Shown: positions 1-7,569 of the stretch, one piece after another
Position numbering within the stretch: the stretch's first letter is position 1
Layout of the letters: every line of letters begins with the position of its first letter
IMG/VR virus record: IMGVR_UViG_3300046796_000243
Location: 4,373-68,372 of that record
DNA: 64,000 nucleotides
Direction: 5' to 3' (one strand)
Origin: a virus
Made by a program: the position numbers and the translations under genes
Notes under the pieces: model-generated
Seen by the model: only the letters and a program-made list of their open reading frames with translations
The model's database searches: none
Told to the model about the DNA's origin: nothing

Positions 1-148
1 GCGGGATGCCGTCGCCGCTCCACTTGTAGGGGTCGGCGTCGTTCAAGAGCGCGCGGTCGCCGCCTTGGGGCTTCTCGCCCCATTGCGCGCGGGTCCAGGT
101 GGTGGGCAGGTCGAAAAACTCGGCATAGTTCGCGGGTTTGCTGCTCAT
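1..148 (-). CDS. hypothetical protein, runs off window edge
   Basis: ATG at 148 just after the stop of the upstream gene; open frame MSSKPANYAEFFDLP... continues to position 1. Confidence 0.55.
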   Translation of the reverse strand, partial: MSSKPANYAEFFDLPTTWTRAQWGEKPQGGDRALLNDADPYKWSGDGIP

Positions 149-151
149 GGC

Positions 152-742
152 TCAAAAGTCCTGTTCGAGGGAGGAAAGGCCCAGCTTGCCGAAGCATTCC
201 GGGCCGAAGCCGTGCTTGATGGAGCTGGGGACGGTCAGCTTGCGATTGCATCGGCCGCAATGGCCTTCGTGCCAAATCTCAAGGGTCGACGGGATCGAGC
301 CTTGCATGATGGCCTTCCATGCGAAGGCGAAGGCTTTCATGCTGGGCGCATCGCGGCCGATGTCCCCAGCGCGCGGAGTCTTCCTGCCCTCCCAAAAGAT
401 CGAGCGGGCGATTCGACCCAAATACTTGTAATCGGTCGAGTTGTCCGGGCCGTTGAGCAGGGCCACAAAGTGGCAAGCGCCGTCGGGGCTGATGCTTACC
501 CGATAGGTGAAGCGGTTGCCGGTCTTGGTGCTCACCAAGGTCAGGGTCGCTTTGCCAGCCAGGGCGAAGCGTTCGGCGTCGAGCGGGTCGAGCAAGCGCC
601 CGCGCATGTCCGGCACGGTCGCGTCGACCGCTTCGAACCTGGGCGAGCTGGGCGAGGTCGGCACGCGCGCGGCGCCGAATGTCAGGTTATCGTGCAGGCC
701 TGGGATTGTGGCCTCAAGATCGGCCAAGAAGTCGTTCGGCAT
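152..742 (-). CDS. DUF6011-like zinc-finger phage protein
   Basis: C-terminal CGRCNRKLT...SIKHGFGPEC motif; AAGGAG RBS upstream. Confidence 0.75.
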   Translation of the reverse strand: MPNDFLADLEATIPGLHDNLTFGAARVPTSPSSPRFEAVDATVPDMRGRLLDPLDAERFALAGKATLTLVSTKTGNRFTYRVSISPDGACHFVALLNGPDNSTDYKYLGRIARSIFWEGRKTPRAGDIGRDAPSMKAFAFAWKAIMQGSIPSTLEIWHEGHCGRCNRKLTVPSSIKHGFGPECFGKLGLSSLEQDF

Positions 743-796
743 CTGGTTAGCTCCTTTGCTTGGGTTTTGGCCTTTGTGGCCGGTTGTTAGGTGTTC

Positions 797-832
797 TGTG
801 ATCTAGTCACAGTCGATTTGGCCATTATGGCC
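797..832. promoter_or_regulatory. TGTGA-N5-TCACA inverted repeat plus GGCCATTATGGCC motif, copy 1
   Basis: TGTGATCTAGTCACA at 797-811; GGCCATTATGGCC at 820-832. Confidence 0.55.
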
Positions 833-1026
833 CATACTCGCCATATCATGAAATTGCATGGCTTGGATAGGCCATAATGACCTATAAACCTAACAATCTA
901 ACAATTGCAGCGATATCAATGGATTAGGCCAAATTTGGCGGTTGTATTTTTGGCTGATGTAACGTCACTGGTCGAGTTTGGGCGCGATTCCAAAACCAAC
1001 CAGTGAGTTTTTTAAGACTGTTTTTA

Positions 1027-1069
1027 TGTGACAACATCACAGACAATTGTGGCCTAGGCCATTATGGCC
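1027..1069. promoter_or_regulatory. TGTGA-N5-TCACA inverted repeat plus GGCCATTATGGCC motif, copy 2
   Basis: TGTGACAACATCACA at 1027-1041; GGCCATTATGGCC at 1057-1069. Confidence 0.55.
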
Positions 1070-1790
1070 GTATTAGTTGAAAAGATAAAAAACAGTAATT
1101 ATATTAGTTAGTTGCTATAGGGTTATATGTTACCTTCTCCTTGGGGATTAGGGTTTTAGCTGGCGTTTTCGCTTCTCGGTGCAGAACGCGCAAAAAAAAC
1201 TGGGTCTCAAGAATCCAGAATCGGCTCAAAGTCTACCAGTGACATAGCTAAGTCGATGAATCTATTAAGGAATAGTACTAGTCAAAACTTTCTCTCTGGG
1301 GCCAACTAGTGAGAACTAGTTAGCGAAAACACGACCAGGTAAAATACAACCAAGTTTGACGAGCTGCCGCAGCTCGTCGCCGATCGCCTGGCCGATCGGC
1401 TGCCGATCGCCGATCGCCGGTGGCGAGCTGCTCCAGCTCGGTGCCGGCAAGCGGCCGGATCCGGCCGCTTGTCCTCGCCCAGGCACTGCGCCGTGTGCTG
1501 GATGTTCTGCAAACAAAGGCCTTTCATGCCGAAAGGAGTCGAGCGCAGCGCGCAGCGCGCGCAGCGCGCAAGAACTAATGAGTCGCGCGCGCAGCGCGCG
1601 CCTGCCTCCCCCCCACCCCGCCGCCTACCCTGCCCAGACGTGCCCCCGCGCGCGCGTACCCCTTCTTGCATATGCAAATACCTTGGGGCTAAAAAAGGGA
1701 AAAGGTAATAAGATACCTAAAACCTAACCTGGACACCCCTGTCCAAGTATGATAATGGGTCTGGCCAGTAATGTGTGTAGGGTTTAACTT

Positions 1791-2267
1791 ATGCGAGAAC
1801 ATTGGAAGCGGGTTGTTGGATATGAGTACCTTTACGCTGTGTCAACCTTCGGCCAGGTCTTCTCATTCCGGGCCAACAGGGTATTAAAACCCTGGTGGAA
1901 GCACCGGTCAAAATCTCCTTCACACCAGTACCTGGCGGTTGAACTCTGGGTTAATGGGAAGGTAAAACAGGTTTATATTCATACGATTGTACTGACAGCG
2001 TTTCGTGGCCCCCGCCCCCCTTCTGGACAGAGCCGGCACCTGGACGGAGATCGAGCAAACAATCGCCTCGATAACCTTAAATGGGGCACCTACCTGGAAA
2101 ACCGTGCCGACAAGATCAAGCACGGCAAGGCGCATAAGTTGACAGTCGAGCAGATCAACCGCATCCGTACTTCAAGTAAGTCCCTGCGGGCCATGGCCGC
2201 GGAGATCGGCTGTTCCAAGTCGAACGTGTGGTTTATCAGGCGCTACAGTACCTGGGCGGATATTTGA
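1791..2267 (+). CDS. NUMOD4-HNH homing endonuclease
   Basis: WKRVVGYEYLYAVSTFG (NUMOD4) and RHLDGDRANNRLDNLKW (HNH); C-terminal HTH. Confidence 0.9.
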   Translation: MREHWKRVVGYEYLYAVSTFGQVFSFRANRVLKPWWKHRSKSPSHQYLAVELWVNGKVKQVYIHTIVLTAFRGPRPPSGQSRHLDGDRANNRLDNLKWGTYLENRADKIKHGKAHKLTVEQINRIRTSSKSLRAMAAEIGCSKSNVWFIRRYSTWADI

Positions 2268-2353
2268 CTTTTCGCCCCCTGCAGGTCAAGGATGCCGCTC
2301 TTGTCGACATTGTCCTTACGGATGGCGTCTTCATTGCTAGGGTTTCCAACTTG

Positions 2354-2398
2354 AGGCCGGCCGGGTAGTCTCCACTCCCCGCCGGCCTTTTTTCTTTT
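2354..2398 (+). terminator. Rho-independent terminator
   Basis: AGGCCGGC/GCCGGCCT stem followed by a T-rich tract. Confidence 0.75.
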
Positions 2399-2414
2399 CG
2401 CCGCGGCCTACCTG

Positions 2415-2942
2415 ATGTATGGCTGGCTGATGGCTGGCCTACTACCCATGGAATTGGTTGCGGTACGCCTCGCCGACGAGGGGGTGCCGTTACGGGCTAT
2501 CGCCAGGGCCACCCACATTCCCTCCGCGGAGCTTCGCGATCGGTTCCGGGACGCTAAGGAAGAGGGCCAGCTGGTCGACCTCCCCAAGGAGGACTGGCCA
2601 CCGGGCTTCCCCAGGGACCAGCGGGCACTGCAGCTCTCAAGGATGGTGACCCAGAATCCCGAAGCCATGACGCTGGCCCTGCACCAGCTGTTCCAGCTGA
2701 CGCCGACCGAAATCGGCCTGATCATGTTGCTGCTGCAGCATACGACCGTTCCAAAGGAACGGTTCAACATGGTCCATCGAACGATAGATGTGCACATGTG
2801 CCGGATCCGGCACCGCCTGGAGCCGTTCGGCATTGCCATCACCACCCTTTGGGGTCATGGTTACCAGATAGACGCCGATTCAAGGCGCCGGATCATGGAC
2901 CTGATACTCAAGGCAGTGGAGCAAGGCGATGAAAACCCTTAA
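2415..2942 (+). CDS. OmpR/CtrA-like winged-helix DNA-binding protein lacking a receiver domain, with N-terminal HTH
   Basis: LTPTEIGLIMLLL...RTIDVHMCRIRHRL...ITTLWGHGY matches the Trans_reg_C pattern; start codon uncertain. Confidence 0.8.
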   Translation: MYGWLMAGLLPMELVAVRLADEGVPLRAIARATHIPSAELRDRFRDAKEEGQLVDLPKEDWPPGFPRDQRALQLSRMVTQNPEAMTLALHQLFQLTPTEIGLIMLLLQHTTVPKERFNMVHRTIDVHMCRIRHRLEPFGIAITTLWGHGYQIDADSRRRIMDLILKAVEQGDENP

Positions 2943-3099
2943 AGAGAAGCTCGAAGCGCAGTGGAACAAGCCTGGCGTGGCGTTCTCTTTGCGACCGGCG
3001 TGCTGGACCTTCGAGAGCGGCCGGCTAGTGCCCGATGATGTGCCGAACGTCCCTGACGAGGACGACAGTGGTCCATTTTACCCCAGACCAGCCCGCTAG
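2929..3099 (+). CDS. possible small hypothetical protein
   Basis: GGAG upstream of an ATG overlapping the wHTH gene end; overlaps a convergent gene. Confidence 0.3.
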   Translation: MKTLKEKLEAQWNKPGVAFSLRPACWTFESGRLVPDDVPNVPDEDDSGPFYPRPAR

Positions 3100-3432
3100 T
3101 CCCAGTCCCGCGATCCGCTTGATGTCGGAGAACCACGGCTCTTCCTTCCAGCGAAGGGGGGAGTTGGGGTCGACCACGAAGCACACCCATACCCCATCGT
3201 CGCCAACCCTGTGGTCGACGACGATCCGTGCCGTCTTCGGAAACCAGTGGTCCTCGAAATGCTCGTCCTTGAGCCACTGGCAGCTGAAGTCGCGGCAGCG
3301 TTGCGGCCGATCGGCATAGATCCCGCACCCCTTGCTCTTCAGGCAATGCGGACACCAGGCATGGTCTTCCTTGATCTCGGGAACGCCCATTACCCGGCAG
3401 CAGAGCGTGCAAGTTCCACATTCTCTAGGCAT
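3025..3432 (-). CDS. YkgJ-like cysteine-cluster protein
   Basis: CGTCTLCC...C..C...GCGIYADRPQRCRDFSC pattern. Confidence 0.75.
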   Translation of the reverse strand: MPRECGTCTLCCRVMGVPEIKEDHAWCPHCLKSKGCGIYADRPQRCRDFSCQWLKDEHFEDHWFPKTARIVVDHRVGDDGVWVCFVVDPNSPLRWKEEPWFSDIKRIAGLGLAGWSGVKWTTVVLVRDVRHIIGH

Positions 3433-3596
3433 TCGCACCGCTCGATGTCGGGGACTTTCTCGCACCCCAGCATGGTGCAAATTGGCATGCCGGCAACCCG
3501 CCACTCCTGTACTTTAGGACAATCCGGCCGGTGCAGAACCATGGTGTCGTTGAATGGCCCGGCGGTGATCGAGAAGTCATACTCATGTGACATCAT
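3390..3596 (-). CDS. small Cys-containing hypothetical protein
   Basis: GAGGGAG RBS; part of tightly packed operon. Confidence 0.5.
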   Translation of the reverse strand: MMSHEYDFSITAGPFNDTMVLHRPDCPKVQEWRVAGMPICTMLGCEKVPDIERCECLENVELARSAAG

Positions 3597-3756
3597 CACA
3601 CTCCCTCGCCCATAACACCCCGTCCCGCCACTCGTAGTCCCAGCCATCCATGGTCGGACCAGGGCAGGGGCACTCGGTGTAGTCCTCGCCGCACAGCGAG
3701 CAGCAATCGTCCTCGCCGACGTCGGCGGCGTAGGACACCTGCATCCACTTGGTCAT
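3583..3756 (-). CDS. small Cys-rich hypothetical protein
   Basis: ATGA overlap with upstream gene; CCSLCGEDYTECPCPG. Confidence 0.6.
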   Translation of the reverse strand: MTKWMQVSYAADVGEDDCCSLCGEDYTECPCPGPTMDGWDYEWRDGVLWARECDDVT

Positions 3757-3980
3757 TTGCCGCGCTGAGAATTTGTCGTCGCCGCCTTGACCGCCCACAT
3801 CGCGGCTTCCTCATAGGCGGTCTGGGCCAGGCTCGCGAGCCTGGGGTCCAAGGGTTTCAAGTCTTCACAGAGATCAATCAGATCGGCGGTGTACCGCTTG
3901 ATCTTGTCGACCATGTTGTCTTTTGACGGGTTGAAGCTCTCGCGCACCCGGTTCGCGCCTACGCTCATGCCTTCGCTCAT
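3753..3980 (-). CDS. Acb2/Tad1-like helical-hairpin protein (candidate signalling-nucleotide sponge)
   Basis: FNPS...VDKIK...RLASLAQTAYEEAAMWAVKA helical motif. Confidence 0.6.
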   Translation of the reverse strand: MSEGMSVGANRVRESFNPSKDNMVDKIKRYTADLIDLCEDLKPLDPRLASLAQTAYEEAAMWAVKAATTNSQRGK

Positions 3981-4156
3981 GGTCCATACCTCATGCTGTG
4001 TTCAAACGCTGATAGTCCGCAGACGCTGCATACCATGGTGCCGCCCCGGCCGTCCTCGAACTCCTGCCAGCCGGCCCAGACGTGCGGCTTGCCATCCCGG
4101 CACGCTTCTTCGTCGGCGCGGGCGTGGAAGGTGAATTCCGGTTTGTCTTCGCTCAT
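3977..4156 (-). CDS. small hypothetical protein (CxxC)
   Basis: 59-aa ORF MSEDKPEF..., translationally coupled at both ends. Confidence 0.55.
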   Translation of the reverse strand: MSEDKPEFTFHARADEEACRDGKPHVWAGWQEFEDGRGGTMVCSVCGLSAFEHSMRYGP

Positions 4157-4371
4157 TATGCGTGCCCTGCCTGATTACATGTCACCGTGAACTGGTACGG
4201 TCCCCACTCCTCGTAATTCCAACTCGCGCTGCTGATGTACTCGCAGCACTCGATGCACCAGTAGAGATCCCGCGGCTCCTCGCTACCATGCTGGGACCAG
4301 CAGCAGTGCAATGGCGGGCCGTACAGCAGCGTGCCGTTACATTCGCTACACCGGTTGGGATCTGTGCCCAT
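4156..4371 (-). CDS. small Cys-rich hypothetical protein
   Basis: Start overlaps terL stop; CSEC...CIEC. Confidence 0.55.
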   Translation of the reverse strand: MGTDPNRCSECNGTLLYGPPLHCCWSQHGSEEPRDLYWCIECCEYISSASWNYEEWGPYQFTVTCNQAGHA

Positions 4372-5828
4372 CACGTCCACCCCATCGGTGTGATCTGTGC
4401 CGACGGCGCCCGCCGTGGCCGTGGCGTCAGTCTTCTGGCGAACTCGGTCATTAATCCCCCATGCACTACCAGCGCCATGTATTGCAGGCAGTCGGCGACA
4501 TGGCTGAAGCCTTCGCGGTCGAACTTCTCGGGCACCGTGCGCAGGCCGCCGTCCTTGTGCTTCTTGTAGCGGTAGCCGCCGCTCATCGCCCGCACCAGCC
4601 AGGGGCAATTGGTGCCGTTGATCATGAGCGTTGGCCCGCCGTTGGTCTGGCGGCCCAGCAGGGCTTCGACCGCCCGGAGTCTGGGGTTGATGTCGTTGGT
4701 CGGTGCCGGGAACGCCGGGAAGCCCATTCGCTTCATGGCGTCGAAGCAGCTCTCTTCGCCCACCGTGCCCCGGTTGACACCGCTGGGATCTCCCACCACG
4801 ATCACCTTGCTCATGATGTACTTTTCCATGAACAGCTTGGGCCTCAAATTCTCCTCGACGTGCTTCTCCAGCCCCATATTCGCCGCGGCAACCTCCTGAT
4901 GGATGATCAGACGCCCCATGTGGTCGACCTGGCCGATCAGCGACCATGGGTTGCGGCCGAAATCCTGCCCTATAATCAGTGGGTAACCGGGGATAATCAG
5001 CGTCTCTGGGACTACATGAAACGATGGTTTGAATGTCGAGCGGAAGACGGCCTCGCCGGACGGGTCGTCGCCATATTGCGCGTAGACGTACCGCTTCACC
5101 CAGGGGTGGTCGGATCCGTACATCGACAGGAACTGCTCGTAGTACTTTCTACCCTGCGCCCGACGAAGTGGGTGATCAAAGGGAAGCGCCCGCGTCTCTT
5201 CGGTCTGCAGAAGGTAATTCAGGTTCTCGGCGCGAACGTCCATGCCCGACGGCTGGACGAATATCTGCCAGTTGGGCCGGGGTTCAGTCATGAACTTGTG
5301 CCAGTCGCTGAGTTCGACTGGCATGTTCGTGTCTGCAATTATCCCGTGCCAGGTGGGGACGCCGCGGTTGCCGCTGGGGTACCGGCCTATACGCCCGCTT
5401 ATCGGCGCAAGCACATCGAAATTCATTTCAATCGCTTCCGAAAGCCATGCACCAGTCAGCTGCATCGAAAGCAGCCGTGCCTGGTCCTCGGAGTTCTCAA
5501 GCGGGATAAAGACTAACTCCGATTTGACATCGGAGAAGTCGAGGTAATAACAGTTCTCCGACACCCGCCACTCACCCAGGCCCTCGAACCATGATTGGGC
5601 GTCTTTCAATACGGTATCTTTCAATTGTTTCAACGTCTGCCGGACCACGGCCCATCGTGTATACCGATAGCCATCCGGTGCTTTTGCTTGAGCCATCGAG
5701 CGACGAAGTATTTCGATTAGACACGCAGTGGTTTTACCCGAACCAACTGGACCGGCCGCCACCCGGCCAAACGCCTCACTCTTCATGAACGAGGCCATCG
5801 TCGGCGGTGCGGTATAATTTACGGGCAT
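4371..5828 (-). CDS. terL: terminase large subunit
   Basis: Walker A GPVGSGKTT, Walker B-like AWLSEA, nuclease GQDFG and SHVADCLQY; start set at MPVNY. Confidence 0.92.
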   Translation of the reverse strand: MPVNYTAPPTMASFMKSEAFGRVAAGPVGSGKTTACLIEILRRSMAQAKAPDGYRYTRWAVVRQTLKQLKDTVLKDAQSWFEGLGEWRVSENCYYLDFSDVKSELVFIPLENSEDQARLLSMQLTGAWLSEAIEMNFDVLAPISGRIGRYPSGNRGVPTWHGIIADTNMPVELSDWHKFMTEPRPNWQIFVQPSGMDVRAENLNYLLQTEETRALPFDHPLRRAQGRKYYEQFLSMYGSDHPWVKRYVYAQYGDDPSGEAVFRSTFKPSFHVVPETLIIPGYPLIIGQDFGRNPWSLIGQVDHMGRLIIHQEVAAANMGLEKHVEENLRPKLFMEKYIMSKVIVVGDPSGVNRGTVGEESCFDAMKRMGFPAFPAPTNDINPRLRAVEALLGRQTNGGPTLMINGTNCPWLVRAMSGGYRYKKHKDGGLRTVPEKFDREGFSHVADCLQYMALVVHGGLMTEFARRLTPRPRRAPSAQITPMGWT

Positions 5829-6400
5829 AGATGTCGTCCTGTCAGCAACACTTCCCCACCCCGGCAGCCGCACTCGCAGTGCGCCCCGCCCAGCCCGATG
5901 CCGACCGGCTCCGCGGTCCATACCCCCCAGTTGATATGATCGAGCACGCTTGCCGGCTTGCAGTCCTCGAAGATGTCCTCGATGACGTAGAGGCCATCTG
6001 ATTTCAGGTGCTGCTTCAGATGGTTGGCGCTGTAGATCTGGTGTTCGGTGACGTGGCTGCCGTCGTCGACGATCAGGTCGAACGGTCCCGGCAGCCGGTT
6101 CAGCTCGAAGCCATCGACCTGGTTGACCTGCAGGCACACGATGCGGCTGCCTTCCTTGTTGAACAGGGTGTCGCGGTTGATATCGATACCGACGATGGCG
6201 GCGTTGGGGAAGTATTCCTCCCACATCCGCAACGACGCGCCGTGGTCGATGCCGATCTCCAGCACGTTGCGGACGTCTTCGCGGCGGCCCCCCAGCAGCG
6301 CGTGGTAGGTCGCCGTGTAATTGTGGCAGGTGCCCCTGGCGGTGTGCCAGCCACCCTTGTCGGTGCCGTACTTGCGGGCCAGCTCGCACAGCGGGGTCAT
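5819..6400 (-). CDS. class I SAM-dependent O-methyltransferase (sugar methyltransferase-like)
   Basis: KYGTDK...HNY...VLEIGIDHGASLRMWEEYFP...DLIVDDGSH...YVIED. Confidence 0.85.
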   Translation of the reverse strand: MTPLCELARKYGTDKGGWHTARGTCHNYTATYHALLGGRREDVRNVLEIGIDHGASLRMWEEYFPNAAIVGIDINRDTLFNKEGSRIVCLQVNQVDGFELNRLPGPFDLIVDDGSHVTEHQIYSANHLKQHLKSDGLYVIEDIFEDCKPASVLDHINWGVWTAEPVGIGLGGAHCECGCRGGEVLLTGRHLCP

Positions 6401-7059
6401 TGTGGGCAAATCTGCCTCCCGTCGAGGATGTCGTTCAACGCGCGTGGCACCCGCTTGTAGGGCTTGCCGGGGAAGTGATTATTGACAATCCCCATCACGG
6501 TCAGGTCTTCGCCGTGCAGGATCGTGCATGACCCCTTCGGGCTGCTGGGGGCCTCGATCAGGGCGGCCAAAGCATCCTCGACCGGCGCGTAGGTGCGGAC
6601 CTGGTCGCCCATCCCGGCAATCTCCATGACGTCCGCTGCCTCGAACTTCTGGAACACGCCGTGGCCGCCGGGGCCGTAGATGTTGCACAGCCGCACCATC
6701 CGCGCGCCATACAGCTTGCACAGATGCTCGCAAGTGATTTTCGAGATGGCGTAGGGCGTGGTCGGGTAGTTGACCGCGCTGGAGGAGGCAAACACGACGT
6801 TTTCGTCGAACTGCTCCAGCACGTTCAGGGTACCCATCACGTTGGTTTCCATCATGGCGCTGATGTTGCCGGACCGTGCGTCGGTCAGCGCCGCCAGGTG
6901 GAAGCACCAGTCGGCTTCGGGCAGCCGGTCACGCTCCCTGATGTCCTGGCCGTTCTTGAGGTCGTAGCCGATCACCTTCACCCCGCCCAGCCGTCGGAAG
7001 GCATTGACCAAGTGATAGCCGATGAAACCGCAATGGCCGGTGATCAGGACGGTGTTCAT
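6397..7059 (-). CDS. NAD-dependent sugar epimerase/dehydratase (extended SDR)
   Basis: TGHCGFIG, FHLAA, ASSSAV, YAISK, RLCNIYGPG. Confidence 0.9.
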   Translation of the reverse strand: MNTVLITGHCGFIGYHLVNAFRRLGGVKVIGYDLKNGQDIRERDRLPEADWCFHLAALTDARSGNISAMMETNVMGTLNVLEQFDENVVFASSSAVNYPTTPYAISKITCEHLCKLYGARMVRLCNIYGPGGHGVFQKFEAADVMEIAGMGDQVRTYAPVEDALAALIEAPSSPKGSCTILHGEDLTVMGIVNNHFPGKPYKRVPRALNDILDGRQICPQ

Positions 7060-7529
7060 TTGTTCACCGTGATCAGCTTGGAGGGGTCGATGTCGTTGGG
7101 GTCGATCGCGATGCTCTTGTTGTAGGTCTCGACGTCGGCGCCCAAATTGATGGTGATGACGAAGCGGTCGGAAGCGGAGGCGGGGCTGATCTTGACCTCG
7201 CCCAGCCCGGCCAGCTTGGCGACGAACTTGGCGGCCTCGGTGGCGTTCGACAGGCTCTCATTGGCGTCCATGGCGCGGTTGACCATGACGGGGAGGATCA
7301 GCTCGGAGCCGGCGGCGGCCTGCAGGCGCACCCGGTCGGCGGCCGACTCGGTCGCGTTCCACGCCAGCGCGTACTGCTCCTTGGCGCGCTTGAAGAACTC
7401 ATGCTTGGAGATTTCGTAGAAGTCCTCTTCGGAGATGCCATAATCGGCGAACACCACTTTGTAGGGCCGGATGTTGATGGCCATCTCGCGCGCCAGGCCG
7501 GCCATCGCCGTCTCGTTCAGGTCTGCCAT
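7056..7529 (-). CDS. terS: putative terminase small subunit
   Basis: First gene of the terL operon; N-terminal HTH-like helices, C-terminal FVITINLG strand. Confidence 0.55.
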   Translation of the reverse strand: MADLNETAMAGLAREMAINIRPYKVVFADYGISEEDFYEISKHEFFKRAKEQYALAWNATESAADRVRLQAAAGSELILPVMVNRAMDANESLSNATEAAKFVAKLAGLGEVKISPASASDRFVITINLGADVETYNKSIAIDPNDIDPSKLITVNK

Positions 7530-7530
7530 C

Positions 7531-7562
7531 TTAAGATTTCCTTAGTAAATTGCAGCTAACCA
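7531..7562 (+). promoter_or_regulatory. CtrA-type box and -10-like element upstream of portal
   Basis: TTAA-GATTTCC-TTAG, then 11 nt, then TAACCA. Confidence 0.65.
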
Positions 7563-7569
7563 TATTTTC

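Larger units (their letters stand above)
743..1790. other. long non-coding control region (AT-rich part ~850-1350, GC-rich repetitive part ~1360-1660); candidate genome terminus/pac/origin
   Basis: No credible ORF, divergent flanking genes, repeated palindromes, GCCGATCG and GCGCA short repeats, C/G runs. Confidence 0.55.

Noticed and set aside
797-811. Canonical CRP site
   Set aside because: Spacer is 5 nt in both copies, not 6; kept only as an unassigned operator
1306-1727. ORFs called in the control region
   Set aside because: Low-complexity translations, no RBS, mutually overlapping
5829-6389. 187-codon upstream extension of the terL ORF through the methyltransferase gene (possible frameshift fusion)
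   Set aside because: The extension is R/P/G-rich shadow-frame sequence typical of high GC; no slippery site noticed and terL has its own ATG at 5828
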